The notes beneath the pieces were generated by a model that was given only the letters and a program-made list of their open reading frames with translations, ran no database searches and was not told where the DNA came from. This document shows, in pieces, positions 1 through 13,659 of a stretch of 64,000 nucleotides of DNA (positions within the stretch are counted from its first letter, which is position 1; the number at the start of each line of letters is the position of its first letter). This stretch comes from Isurus oxyrinchus (Eukaryota): assembly GCA_026770705.1 (NCBI GenBank), contig JANJGN010000022.1, forward strand, positions 56,978,001-57,042,000. Direction: 5' to 3'. The position numbers were made by a program, and so were the translations under genes.

Positions 1-1849
1 ACAAGCTTTTCTATATGTAGCAGAACCAGTTCTCACAGGGGCATTCCACGAGCATGGCTAATATTTCTGCTTCTTTACACTTGACTAAACTCATAGGGGT
101 TGACAGTGATGGCGAATGGCTGCTGGGCGCCGCATCCTTGAACAGATTCAACATTTGCTAGTGAAGTTAGCTACAATATTACGCTTCCTAGCTTAACCAT
201 AACATTCACTGTACCGTTTTTCCCTGCTAAGGTTCACATGATATGTCAATGTTGGGTACCATGCAGGGAAAACACATCTGCAACAACTGTTCTGTCCATC
301 CCTGGGGAAACAGCACTTTTATACTGCGCACATGATGAATGACTGAGAAATTTCAATCCACCGTGACAGCTCTGCTGAAGAAGTCTTTTAAGATAATCTC
401 TATAAACATTACTTCTCATGTAGAATTAACTTTAGTGAAGCCTTGAATCTATTACAATTTACTCCATTCATCTCTTGTAGCAGAACTTTCTCCATGTGAC
501 CCCTTTACCAATGATCTGACCATGTTTCAGGAATGAAAGCAGTGATCTGTCAGTTTCCTTACATAAAGGAATGCATTTGAATGGCATGGCCCCTCTATGT
601 ACATAACAGGTTAGAATCACAGTGTCTGCATCAAATCAGAGCTCCTTTAAAAAAAGAAGCACAAAGATAAAGGACATAGGGACACAGGATACAGGACTGT
701 GCCAGCTCAGGGTGGAATTCAAACTCGTGTTTCTGATTTGGGAAGCTTGGTTGGGATTAATGAAACTTCACTCACCCCTCAATCTGAGTTGCACCACCAG
801 CTGTTTTTTTTTATATTGTTAACATTATCTTTAGTTTTCTCTTCATCCTGCCAGCCATGTCCTTGTCTGATAAGTCACTGTTGTATCGTACCACAGGCGG
901 GGCCGACGAGAGTCCTTGTGAATGTTAATTCTTCATCTTCATTGAGGAGATTTGTGTTCCTATAAGGCAACTGCTCCAAGGGTTGGAGCCTAAATGAGGA
1001 GAAAGGGCAGGGGGTAAATTCAATCACATTATTGCGTTGGAAATACCAAAATACATTTTAGATGCATTTGCGGTTGCTGATGTGTCCATTCATTTGCAGC
1101 AGTTGAGATTGACTGAATAGTTCATGAGCAAGATATGGGTCAGAGTCACAAGTAGGGATGAAAAGTCAGCATCCATATGGGGAAAGTTCCTTTCAGATCA
1201 CATCCATTTCTTCACTGAGTGGTAGTTGTATTGTTGGTAATGCCTTCTCCATGTCCCTCCCCTACTACCTATTGCAGTGAGAACACCACGAGAAGAGTTT
1301 GCTTCCTCTGACCTCTCCCAGGAGGAGGTCATGGACCATGTATCCTCAAATCTATTAACAGGCACACCTCATCCTTTTATGTTTGCTCTGATTTTATAAC
1401 TGATAGTCCACGAGCTACCTCGGTTTAGTTTATCCTCCAGTTATTATTATTTCAGCATCTTTGTGGAGCTTTTGGTATTCATGAGCTTTTTCATCTGTGA
1501 AAGACTCACTTTTTGTGCGTTTAATGCATTGAGAGCAGGTCTCTGGCTGGATCCTTTGCAAAATCTCAAACATTGTACCTAAGAGCTGAATTGCAAAAAA
1601 AAATTAAATTTGGATTCCCACATAAAGCATTGTGCAATTGTACCCGATCTGCACTATACCAATGGCTGAAATCCCAGAAACATGGGATAAACACTGGTTT
1701 ATGCTTTTTACCTTAGGTTTCCCCTGACCTTTCAATAAAGTTATGTGGCAAATTCTACTGCTTAAATGTTGCTGATTGGGAGTGGAAAACACATGAATAT
1801 TCATGCCTAGAACTCTTTGGTGCTGAGAGTTGCGACATGATTTTGTGCT

Positions 1850-2345
1850 TTAGGTCAAGATCCTGATATCGGGACCAGATGTGGATCCAGACCCCGCTCT
1901 GAGACGGGAGTAGTAACCTGAGGTCGATTTTCTCTGGATCAGTCAATTAATTGCCAGAGGGCAGTGGGTGGGCTCTCGAAGCTGGAGCGGCCAATAGGAG
2001 GCCCTCCAGCATGGAAGGAGCTGCAGCCTGACAAAGCAGGTAAGGGAGAGAGAGAGAGGCCTTTCCATCTTGAGGGCCCTCTCAGTACATTTCACTCTTC
2101 ACAGAAAAATGACCATCGCTGATGGGCCACGATTCTGGAGCAAAACTACTCCATGGGGCAGCCTGCAGGTGGGGCAGTGGGCTTCAACGACAGTTCATCA
2201 GTGGCTGGCCACTTCCAGGCGGTTGCCATACTCCTGAGGTCTCTAATCATTGGCCTATTAATTACCTCCACCAGCTACGCCCTGCTTGAGGTGAGTCTAT
2301 GTTCCGCCCTCGATCTAGTCAAGCAGGAAGATGGCTCCTGGATGA
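1850..2345. mobile_element. GC-rich non-autonomous DNA-transposon-like element (Harbinger MITE-like), degenerate
   Basis: Abrupt GC/CpG-rich island in AT-rich flanks, with a texture like the elements at 35076, 36222 and 43644. Terminal inverted repeats (TIRs) were not clearly resolved. Confidence 0.35.
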
Positions 2346-3607
2346 GATGATGTTGGGAAACTCGCATGCTGACCTGTGGCATGAAATTCAGCCTTTGCCT
2401 GCTTCTGTTCCTGCCCCCATATCAGGGTGCAATTCTTACTCTTCCATTCGGAAGTGACAGTAAGAACTCGGTACTGCCAGGCCAGAATCAATCCTGTAGC
2501 CAAAGCTGTACCATGTCCATTGAGTCTAGAATTTATGATCAGCATTATGTTAACACTAAATGTAATGTAAAGGTGTTGCCATCAGCTTTATAATAATGTC
2601 AGCTGGAAATTCTAGACTACAGCTATTATAACTTAAAAACAATCGAAACAGAGCAGTTAATCACTTATCACATTGTTTTACTACAGGAAGCTTTTATTTT
2701 TCAGGTGTAACACTAAATAACACCATGAATTAGTAATAGGAATTTGGAGACTGATAGTTAGTTGACTTCAGCCTTGAAAGAGGATGTGTTTTAAAATGGA
2801 TGGTAGCAGTGTTTACTTTTCAGGCTTGGAGCTTCTCAATCATTTCATTTTTCTAAGTGCTGTAAGGGTAACTAGTTAATCAAAGGTCAGAGCTAAAAGT
2901 TTAATTTCTAACAATGATTTTTAACCTTGAAAGATCTGCGCAGCATAAACAAATCTGACATTTAATCATAATAAAATCTTTACTGTAAAAAAGGGGTATT
3001 CCAACTCCATCTGCTGGTTAAAATTTTATATTCCTGAATTGGTAATGCTGCTTTCAATCATAAAGTTGTGGCTGATGTGATATATATGTGGTATATCCTT
3101 TATGTTTTATCATCTATCTAGTCACTGAGCAGCTTTGCATACAATGTATGTAAGTCTAAGACAAATAAAGCTTTGCAATTTGTCTGCTTGTTCCAGTTCT
3201 AATACCTTCATGTTTAGTTAAAGGTAACATGTCGGCTTGGCACAGGCGGCAACACTTACACCTCTGAAATAGGCAGTTATGGGTTAAAGTTTCACTCAAG
3301 TGATGCATTGTTCTCTGGATGATACATTGTCGTTTTAAATGTGTAAGCTGGCTGTTAGCGACCCCATGGCACGACACAGAGGAAAGAAGGGGGTTCTTTT
3401 CGTGATCTGACTAACGTTTCTCCCTCAACCCACATACCAAGAACAGATTAAATGGTCATTCAGCCAGCTGCTATCAACGGGGTCTTGCTGTAAGCTGGTC
3501 GTCTACTGACTTACCTACACGACAGTGACTGCATTAAAGTAGTTCATGTCACCGGGAGCTTCCTGGAAATGAGGAGGAGGTGGGGTAAAAGATTCCATGG
3601 TACTTTT

Positions 3608-3840
3608 TTGAAGAAGAGCAGAGGAGTTATCCCCAGTGACGTGGCCAATATATATCCCTCAATCAACATCACAAAATCTAGCTTATCTGTTCATTTTCTC
3701 ATTGCTGTTTGTGGGAGCTTGCTGTGCATAAATTGGCACTGTGTTTTCTAAATTATAACAGTGACTACATTTTAAAATTGGCTGTAAGGTGCTTTGGGTT
3801 ATCTGGTGTTCATAACAGGCACTACATAAATGCAATATTT
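3608..3840 (+). mobile_element. Deu-domain/SacSINE-like SINE, 3' part
   Basis: Contains cattgctgtttgtgggagcttgctgtgcataaattgg...aacagtgactaca...gctttggg...ataaatgcaa. Reverse-complement copies occur at 22570, 23575, 55260 and 57440. Confidence 0.7.
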
Positions 3841-5159
3841 ACCTTTCTTTCACATTCACTGTGACTGATTAGGAGAATCCTGGATCGGTAAAGTATTTTG
3901 TGATTTATTAGAACCGTGCACAAATATACTATATGCATTCAGATCTCTCTTAATTGTTTTTCACCACAGACTTGATGGGTCAAAAGTTGTTAGTGGTTTC
4001 TGTAATAGAAGAGTTTGGTACAAACAGAGTTACTGTGGTTTGAGTACAGTGCTGCCTACACAGTGATGTAAGAAGGCACATGACCTAGACCTAGGGTCAG
4101 TATAGTGCTGGCAAGAGATGTGACAAGTGATGGAGATAGCTCCATACCTGTATTCTTTACTGTATAGTTATTGTAGTCTGAGCGTAAAAATGAATCTTTC
4201 ATACACATTTGTGGTATAAATGCGAATAATGTGAATGTGAAAATAACATTAGGTTCCGTATGAAAATGTGGTGAATATTCTAGAAGTAAACAAATATACT
4301 GAAGTTATAATGTTGTGGGCTGCAGATCAGGGCAGGGCAGTATACAATACCTCCTGACCTCAAATTCAGACTAGACTGACGGGATAAAAGTGTCCTCTCT
4401 CTTTCTCTCTGCCAGTTGTCAATCTTAATTGAAGTGAATTTGACAGTCTTTATATTGAGCGAATCACAAACCCACCTGTAAGTTTGTATAAATGGGCTAT
4501 AATTTGGCAATCTTGTTCAAGCCGTTATGATGTCTGGTGCCATTGGAGCGACAGCACAGTGGGCTAAGAATTACACCATGGGGTTGGCAATATTATGGTG
4601 GCCATTCAATGTGCTGAAGAGCACCCAGTAACACTCCAGAGGCTAACGATGAACCTGAGGCACTCTGTAGAGTGTGGAAAGCATGTAGTGGACTGAGAGC
4701 ATACAGATTGTGCACTAGTTATTCCCCCACTACCCCTGCCCCTACTGTCCCCCTCTCTCTCTCTCCACCCCGCCCCCTCCCCCCCACCCCCCTCCCTCCC
4801 CGCTGGCTCCAACTCACCAACTTGTATCAGTTAAATTAGGTCTCTTCCCTATGTGTGGCTAAAGCATCTCAGCAGTGTGTGAATACACAGTTCTCAATCA
4901 GAATGACTGCTGAAGGAAAGAAAAATTGGGCATCTCTGTCTGATATTCCCTGGTGTCCAGGGGTAATGGTGCCTCCTGTGCTAGGTCACCCCCTCCCCTA
5001 CAGCAGGGAGGTGGCCAGCACAAAATGGGTAGCCAGCAGCCCTTAAGAGTTTCCAGTATCTGTTAAAATGATCTTCCAAGGTTGTCATACCAGATGGGTC
5101 CAGATCACTATCATACTGTATAAACCGTACCGTTGAGTTTGGTCGATTCATATTGTCTA

Positions 5160-5999
5160 GAAGCAGTCTTTGTCCAAATGCAGCAAGACCTGGACAATAT
5201 CCAGGCTTGGGCTGACAAGTGGCAAGTAACATTCGTGCCACACAAGTGTCAGGCAATGTCCATCTCCAACAAGAGAGAATCCAATCATCGTCCCTTGATG
5301 TTCAATGGCATTACCATCACTGAATCCCCCACTATCAACATCATGGGAGCTACCATTGACCAGAAACAGCACTGAACTAGCCATATAAATACAGTGGCTA
5401 CAACAGCAGGTCAGAGGCTAGGAATCCTGCAGCGAGTAACTCACTTCCTGACTCCCCAAAGCCTATTTACAAGGCACAAGTCAGGAGTGTGATGGAATAT
5501 TCCCCACTTGCCTGGATGAGTGCAGCTCCCACAACACTCAAGAAGCTCAACACCATCCAGGACAAAGCAGCCCACATGATTGGCAACACATCCACAGACA
5601 TGCACTCCCTCCACCACTGACACATAGCAGAAGCAGTGTGTACCATCTACAAGATGCACTGCAGGAATTCAGCAAGGCTCCTTCGACAGCAGCTTTTAAA
5701 TCCATGACCACTACCATCTAGAAGGACAAGGGCAGCAGACACATGGAACACCACCACCTGGAAGTTCCCCTCCAAGTCACTCACCCTCCTGACCTGGAAA
5801 TATATTGCTATTTCTTCACTGTCGCTGGGTCAAAATCCTAGAACTCTCTTCCTAACAGCACTGTGGGTGTACCTACACCACATGGACTGCAGCGGTTCAA
5901 GAAGGCAGCTCACCACCACCTTCTCAAGGACAACTAGAGATGGGCAATAAATGCTGGCCCAGCCAACGAAGCCCACATCCCATGAATGAATTAAAAAAA
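5160..5999 (+). mobile_element. HER1-like (CR1-group) LINE, 3' fragment with decayed ORF2 C-terminus
   Basis: Translates to QQDLDNIQAWADKWQVTF..KCQAM and YKAQVRSVMEYSPLAW. The 3' tail gggcaataaatgctggcc..gcccacatcccatgaatgaa is followed by an A-run and is shared with 38354, 60251 and the SINE at 27795. Confidence 0.85.
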
Positions 6000-7696
6000 T
6001 ATTCAGGGACAGACTGTATCCTCACCAGCAGTGGGGGGTATGTCGTTCCAGATTTCCACTACCTTTTGCAGTTGAGAATCGCACAAAGAATAGAGTGGAT
6101 GGGTCAGTAGCCGAAAGCACAAGTAGAATTCATAATCATTACAAACTAACCTGAAGACTCTTTTTGAAGCCTGGGAATAATGCCCACAATAGCATTTTCT
6201 ACCCACTTGCAGGAGGTGGCATCAAGCCCGCCATTTCCCTTCTGGCAGTTAAGGTCTAGTAATACAGTACAGCAGTGGCTTTACCCTTCTAATCATGTCA
6301 AAGGACCTCTCCTTTTTATTCTGAATGGAATGGAGGTCCCTTCTACCAATACTATACCGTGTGAATCCATGCAGAATAATGTATGTAGCTAAGCATGTGC
6401 AAACTGATTAGTTAAGTCAGTTCACTGGAGAAAAAAAGTGCCAGTCATTGTCTGCAGATGATTTCTTTAGCGCAATGAGCTCACTTGTGATGTACATCAG
6501 TATTGAAATGGCAATGTTCCAACATAAAAATGGGAGGCATTTGAATTTCTAATCACCTGGGGCAAGTATTTGTTTGAGCTCAGTGAATATAGAATTATAT
6601 AGGATCAGAGCTACAAAGTGCCACAATAGTTTTGCAATATTGGATTAAACAATCTGTCATTTTCCTTGATGAATAAGTGTTTACATATCTGAAATTTTTT
6701 CCTCAAAGTGCCTGAAAACATTCTTTCATCATCTCATTAAAACACCAAAAGGCCTTTGAATATTCATAGCGAGAGGTCACAACAAGAAACTGCCAGAATT
6801 TTGAGTTTCAGCCCTGAGCAGCTGTGCTGGAAATGTCACTATGGATGTCGTTTTCATAATGTTTTCTTTAAGATTGGGGGAAAAAAAGCATTAAAAAAAA
6901 TTACATGTTCCTCTTTATATCTTTTCACATATTCTCACTCTAGTCTTTATCTTGACTGTTGTCGTTTAATGTTTCTGCCTGTGTGTGTTCATCCCCCTAT
7001 CTTTCATTCTATGATGTGAAAAACTTTATATTATCAGCTCTTATGCCTATAACTCTTTCAATTCCTCCTTTTATATAAATCTCTATTTATTTCTGTGTCT
7101 TCTCTTATTCTAGTGGTGGGAGGGGGGGGGGCTAAATTGGTATTGAACAAAAAGGGGGATCGTGATGTGTGATTGGCTGTTCCCATTGATCGCAATACAG
7201 GAAACATGCTTCATACTGCCTGCAGATTTGTATGAACTCTAGGTGCAGCCTGTGCTGACTGTGCCGGTCATTGGCTGGATGCATCAGCAGGGAACCAAGG
7301 TTGTGTGCAACCAGCACCACTTATGGCTAACCTATATTGCTTAAGCTACCTGCACCACTTAAAGTGGAGATACTCGGTGGCTAGAGCAGTTGGTGGGAGT
7401 TGTGTTGGAACCCAGAATAAAAAAACAAAAACTGGGAAATAAAAGTACTGGTCCAAACTGTTTTGTCCTTCTGGGAAGTGAATATGACCTGGGAAAGAGT
7501 GAGGAATGACAAAACACAGGAGAGGGTGTGCTCCATGGCTATTGGATACTGTACTGGAGGTCTTAGTGGAGGAGGTGGAAAGGTGGAAAGATGTTCTGTA
7601 ACTACGGATGGGAAGGAGTCCTACACACGGTCAAAAGGCAGTGAGAGCATATGGGAAGTCAATGCCAGGACTCAAACCCCGAGTGAAGTGCTTAAT

Positions 7697-8202
7697 TGTT
7701 AAATAGTTCTGTGTCTAATAATATGAGTCTGTGTACTATTGATGCTCACTGTGCTTGATTAGTTAAGCCTGGGAGTGGATTCAGAGTAAAGTAAACAAAG
7801 CTGCTAGAAAGAGCTAGAAACAAAAACAAAAATAGCTGAAAAAGCTCAGCAGGTCTGATAGCATCTGTGGAGAGGAACACAGTTAATTGATTCCTCATGA
7901 CTCTTCATCAGAACTATGGAAATAGAGAAATGATGAAAAGTCATGTGGCCTTGAAACGTCAGCTGTGTTCCTCTCTGCAGATGCTGTCAGACCTGCTGAG
8001 TTTTTCCAGCTATTTTTGTTTTTGTTTCAGATTTCCAGCATCTGCAGTATTTTGCTTTTAAGAAAGAGCTAGAAGTTGAGAGCTGCAAGCATGGAGTAGA
8101 CATGTTAAAGCATTGGACAAAACTCTTATAAGTAAAGTTCCCACACAAGTAGAAACTGATGCATCATCTCTGCATATCTCTGATGCATTTAAAATATACA
8201 AC
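7697..8202. mobile_element. Probable solo LTR inserted in the Harbinger Myb exon
   Basis: AT-rich block bounded by TGTTA...CAACA. It splits the Myb/SANT reading frame between NARTQTP and CSKKFNNL. Confidence 0.5.
7820..8060. mobile_element. Palindromic Penelope-end-derived mini-element with degenerate HHR motifs
   Basis: Inverted arms ctcagcaggtctg..cagacctgctgag. Perfect 14-bp TSD AGAAAGAGCTAGAA at 7806-7819 and 8061-8074. Confidence 0.85.
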
Positions 8203-10072
8203 ATTGAAAACCTAGATATACTGCAGCAAGAAGTTCAATAACCTCATCCAAGTGGTCAAGGTCAGTGAATGCATCTTTAAATGCCAATCTGACCAATTGT
8301 TCCAGTTGCTTCAGCCACTGTTCAAATCACCACTCCTCCATTACTCACCTACCAACAACTTCTTTCAAGCAGTTCACGTCTAACATTCATAGCTCTCCCT
8401 CACCCTCACACTCATAGCACCTTTGCAAGCTTCATACCCATAACTTACAGCATGCGCGCATCATCAGCTAATCAATCAATCATGGTGCAACATCAGCCAA
8501 ATGTATTGCATGTTACTCACTGACAAATTTCTCCCCTCTCTAGCAGGAGCAGGTGGTGTACAACCAGGGGAAACTGGGACTAACTGAGGGAGAGTGGCAT
8601 ATCTCCATCTCCTAGCCCTCAAGGATGAGATGATGTTGCCCATTACTGGCACCCCTCATTGACGGAGCCATGGTCAGCAGTGGACCAGAAACCATTGAAG
8701 TTGACAGTATCCTTATATGTAATCCTCCTTCACACCCACTTCCCCCGATCCCACAATCTCTTCTGATTTACAAGCTGCAGATGGTATAAGCACATACCTC
8801 TTACTTTTTTCCTCTTCCTGCACTGCAACCTTCCATCTTCCTTTCTGATACCCAAGAGGTGCGGCCTGGCCAAGCACTCTCAAGAAGAAGCTGATGATGA
8901 AGGCACAAAACCATCACCTGTATTCACACTGGCAGCTACCTGCTCACATATTGACAGTACACATATCCTAAAGAATATCCAAAAGAATAGAATGATGTGC
9001 GATGGTGAGACACTTAGCATGAGTGGCCTACAGCCAGGGCAGGGAGCCAGGATAGCACAGGTGCCACCTTGCCAGAGGGTGAGGTCACAGATGGATTCCA
9101 GTGCAGAGGTTCAGGTGAAGACTCTGGCTGTGCAGCCTACAGAATAACATTGATGGGCATGTGCAACGAAATTCCTGGTGCAAACTAGGAAGCCTGCCAG
9201 AAAGACTACGTTCAGTGTGAACGTGCATGGTGGAGTTCAGTACCAACTTGGAACAGAGCTTTGTATAGAGTTTTGAGCCCATCCTTTCCTGTGTTGGTGT
9301 GAGGGCCAACTCCATCAGTACACTTGTGGACCCAACCATGATGCAGCAACTGATTAGTTATGTCACAGTTTCCACTGCAGCACCAGCAGCAGTCACTCAC
9401 CACCTGAGTGCTGTATTGGGAGCTCAGACTACAGTCATCATCATTGTGGATTACCATGTGCAAAGGGGCTTTGAGGGTATCACAGCAGTCCAACAACCTA
9501 TTCTCCAATTCATTTCTATGATCGCTGAAGTGACACCCAGGGGAGAGTTGTATTGCCCCCATGGAGCATAACCCTATCTCAGGGTGGTCATCCTCCCACT
9601 CCAGCCAATCCAACAGTGCCCTTGCTGTTGCTTGTCAGCCAGTCAGCCCAGAGTGTGCCACACATACTGAAATGGTGAAGGCTATTGCCAGTGCTTCTAT
9701 GTCCCCAGGTTGCTTGAGGTCATCCTGCAAAGATACCTGCAGCTTTCTCCACTGACAGTCAAAGTCTTCCAGCAGCCTCTGGGGTAGTAAAGGAGCACTG
9801 ACAGGCAAAGGCATTCAGATGTCAGGCCTGGAGAGTTGTACAAGGGTGGTTAGTTGACTTATGTAGGGAATATGGCATGATTTCACATACATTTGGTTTG
9901 GAATGTTTACTTTTTAACTGGTTTTTATTTTTGCATTGTGGCCAAGTGGACAGTGTGATGATCAGTGACAGAGGGAAGGTAACGTGTGGAACTTTTGATG
10001 GATTGAGAATTGCAGCTACTGGTATCGGATTCGGATGAGTTCTTCATGGACAGTTTCATGATAATAATTGAT

Positions 10073-10291
10073 TGTGGTAGCGGACCCCAGTATTAGATAC
10101 TATATGGTACTCTGTACTAGGAATAGGATCACCTAACCTGGGAGTTGAAGGTCAGATAGCACATATTGGAGCCTGTCTTGATGGAATTCAGTTAATGCAG
10201 ATACGTGTTCATGTTAGGAAAATGTGTTATCAGTAAAGTTAGCTCAGCTACAATATCAATGGCCTGTGTGCATCATTGAAACAAAAAAACA
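10073..10291. mobile_element. Possible solo LTR
   Basis: AT-rich block bounded by TGTGGT...AACA interrupting the Harbinger sequence. No clear TSD. Confidence 0.3.
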
Positions 10292-10408
10292 AGACAGAAA
10301 GCCCAGACAGAAAGGGGCCATCTATAAGTTTCCTCTTCCTTCTCCTCCTCTTCCTCATTCTCACCTGCTCACTGGATAGCTGGTGGAAAGGGCTGTCTCC
10401 TCATGATT

Positions 10409-11575
10409 TACATTACAATCACTAGGGAACTGGGACTGAGTAAACTGATGGAGCTGCAGGCTGACAAGTCCCTGGGTCCTGATGGACTTCATCCTAGGGC
10501 CTTCAAAGACGTCACTAATGAGGTAGTAGATGCATTGGTGTTAATTTTCCAGAATTTGCTAGATTCTGGAATATTTCTTTTGATATAAAGATTCTGGAAC
10601 AATTCCACCAGACTTGAAAGTAGCAAATATAATCTCCTCTATTCAAGAAGGGAGGGAGGCAGAAAACAGGAAACTATAGGCCAGTTAGCTTGATGTCTGT
10701 CATGGAGAAGGTGTTAGAATTGATCATTAAGGAGGTTATACTAGGCATTTAAAAAAACACAAGGTGATATGGAAGAGTTAGCATGTTTTTGTGAAAGGGA
10801 ACTCATGTTTAACCAATTTATTGGAGTTCTTTGAAGGAATAGCATGCATTGTGGATAAAGGGGAACCTGTAGACGTGTTGTACTTGGATTTCCAGAAGGT
10901 ATTTGATAAAGTGCCACATCAAAGGTTATTGCAGAAAATAGAAGCCCATGGTTTAGGGGTAACGTATTAGTGGTGGTCAATGAGACCACATCTCGAATAT
11001 TGTGTGCAGTTTTTATCTCCTTATTTAAGGAAGGATGTAAATGCATTGGAGGCGGTTCAGAGGAAGTTCACTAGATTGATACCTGGAATGAGTGAGTTGT
11101 CTTATGAGGAAAGGTGAGACAAGCTGGGCTTGTTTCCACTGGAGTTTAGAAGAGTGTGGGGTGACTTGATTGAAGTGTATAAGAACCTGAATGGTCTTGA
11201 CAAGGTGGACGTGGAAAGGATGTTTTCTCTTGTGGGTGAATCCAGAACTGGATGGGGGGGGGCGGTGGGGGAGGGTGTGGTGGGTGGGTGGGGGGTTGCG
11301 GTGGGGGGGTCACTGTTTTAAAATTAGGGGTTGCCGCTTTAGGACAGAGAGGAGGAGGATTTTTTTTCCCTCAGAGGGTTGTGCGACTTTGGAACTCTAC
11401 CTCAGAAGGTGGTGGAAGCGGGGTGGTGGAGGTCGATTCTTGTTAAGCAAAGGAATCAAAGGTTATCAGGGTAGAGGAATTTGAAAGCCATATAGATCAG
11501 TCATGATCTTATTGACTGATAGAGCAGGCACTAGAGGCTGAACGCCCTACTTCTGCTCCTATTTCGTACGTTCTT
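10409..11575 (+). mobile_element. CR1 LINE 3' fragment, internally deleted, inserted in the Harbinger transposase
   Basis: Motifs KSLGPDGLHP, NYRPVSL, VLYLDFQK and RPHLEYCVQF. CR1 tail cctacttctgctcctatttcgtacgttctt. The flanks rejoin as transposase LHNLNIMRRQP on the - strand. Confidence 0.9.
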
Positions 11576-13659
11576 ATGATGTTGAGGTTGTGCAGCACAC
11601 AGCAGACCACCAGGAATCCCGTTCGGCCAGCTACTGAAGCACTTTGGCAGACTGGTCCGGGCAGAGGAAGAACTGTTTCGGTGGCCTGACTTATCACAAT
11701 TCGCTTTGCAGAATGAATCTCATTGTATATATGCTGCTGACATGTCAGTGAGATATAGGCCAGAGTCAGCAGTCATGATAGCCCTCCAGCAGACAGGCCT
11801 GCCACCCAGTAGCCAGTTTTTGGTTTGCCATGGTGGCTGAAACCTCATGTTGCTAGGATTGCAGATTTCCCCATGGTGCCAGCTGTCATTGGTTCCATGC
11901 ACATTGCTTTGGGGGCTCCCCATACCAACTCTGCCATAGACTGGAATCGAAGGGGATTCTGCTCCCTCAACATCCAGCTGTTGATCACAGGTCAGTGCAG
12001 CCTGCGCAGTGGCCCACCCAAGAATGAAGGCATTATCACTGGAGCCAGGATACTGGGCATTAACCTGCATGACATCTCGCACACTCTTCCTCACTGATAT
12101 TCAGGCAGGAGAATTGATCGCGGTGGGGACATGGTCACCAGCTGCAGTCCTTCTCCCCCCACCTCCTTTTCCCTCTTCCAGCATCTTGTTCTGCTCTGGC
12201 TAACCTCTGCTCATTCTCCAAGAGGTATGCCTAATAGTGTACCCATGTCAGGGAGTAACTGGTTTGTACAGAAGCATTGAAGTCAGCAAAAATTTGTTCA
12301 GCTCCTGCCATACCACTCGCTGTAGATTTTTGTAAAGTGAAATAGAAAGAACAAAGCACTTGTAGAGAACCAACGACCAGAAGAAATTAACCAGCGACTA
12401 ATCTGTAATCTGTAACGAGTTGATGCTCCCTTTAAATAGAACTAGGAAGGGTGGGTGTGGTGGAGGTGATGTCCCTTCCTGCTGCTCTGTGGGGTTAAGA
12501 GAATGCATTGAGCTCCAAACTACAATGCTAGCAACAAACCAGTGTGCAACAAGTTGAACTGCTGACGCTGCATATTTCCAGCAGACGTTCACTGCACATG
12601 AGCAACACCTCGACCAGTATGGCATCTGACTTGATTCATCCCACAAATGTGCATCCCCACACTGATTGGCATTTTGGAGCCCTCGGGTCACTTACAGCAC
12701 CCACAAATGTGGCAGGTGCATCCGATTTCTCAGCCTAAGTCTCTATAATTCTTCCTCTGTCTCTTTTAATATGTTGGATATCCTATGTGCTTCTCACAAA
12801 ATATATTTTCTTATCTCCCCGTGTCTGTTTTTTACTGTCAAGTGAACCCGGAGAGTGACTTGAACTTACGCGAATGGTGTAAAATTGGCAACATTGGATC
12901 AGCCACCCCATTATACACCACTCTCCATTTCCCTTTGCAGCCTTTTCAGTACAACAGCATGTGCATATTAGCCATTGCTGTCTATCTCAGGTGTCCCTAC
13001 TGCCGGGACACTTCCCAAAACATTTTAAACGCATTTGACGTGAGGTTTCCCTCTGTAGTCTTTCACTCTTTTCACGAGGGGTACACAATGACTGCAGTCG
13101 ATGGTCACATTAATTTGAAAAGTTTAACAGATTTTCCTTAAATGACATGGAGGTTAAGGTCTGTGTGAGGTTGTTCCTGTCCTTAATTTTATAGCTCTTC
13201 AGGGTTTTTGTTGGTTTTTATAGAGAGAGGAGGATATTAGCACTTATTAAGCTGAGGGGTATTTATGTTTAAGAATCGATAATACTTTTCCCTTGTAAGC
13301 AATTACTGCAGGTGTCGCATGCTGCCTGATTGACCATTGAACAGCAGAGCACACAGTAAAACTTTGACTGCTTTCCTGCCAGGGTGGTGTGTTTCACTGC
13401 TGCTGGTGCCCATGGAGGTGAGAATAAGAAGCATTATAAAACCAGTAACAAACAAAAAGATTGCAGAGTCAGATGACAGTTTTGGCATGACTATGAGTTT
13501 TCCACACCATGAAAAAAGAATTTATTAGTATTAATGCCTGGCAACTCTTTAGCACCTACTGCTCAATTGTAGCAATTAAGGGCGGGTTAATGACACTTGA
13601 TTTTTTTTTTCACTGGTTGCAATAGACTACGCAGTGACAGATCAGACATCAGTAGTGGA

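Larger units (their letters stand above)
7127..12737. mobile_element. Decayed PIF/Harbinger DNA transposon (Myb/SANT gene on +, transposase on -) with nested insertions
   Basis: The + strand gives APWLLDTVLEVLVEEVERWKDVL (~7506), then CSKKFNNLIQVVK followed by a gt donor (~8222-8260). The - strand gives MQVNAQYPGSSDNAFIL, WLLG and VCCVLHNL. Ends are gggctaaattgg and ccgatttctcagcc followed by TAA. Confidence 0.75.

Noticed and set aside
1-1580. Possible large minus-strand exon or decayed coding region
   Set aside because: There is an acceptor-like site near 1580 and a coding-like texture, but the frames I translated have frequent stops and I recognise no motif.
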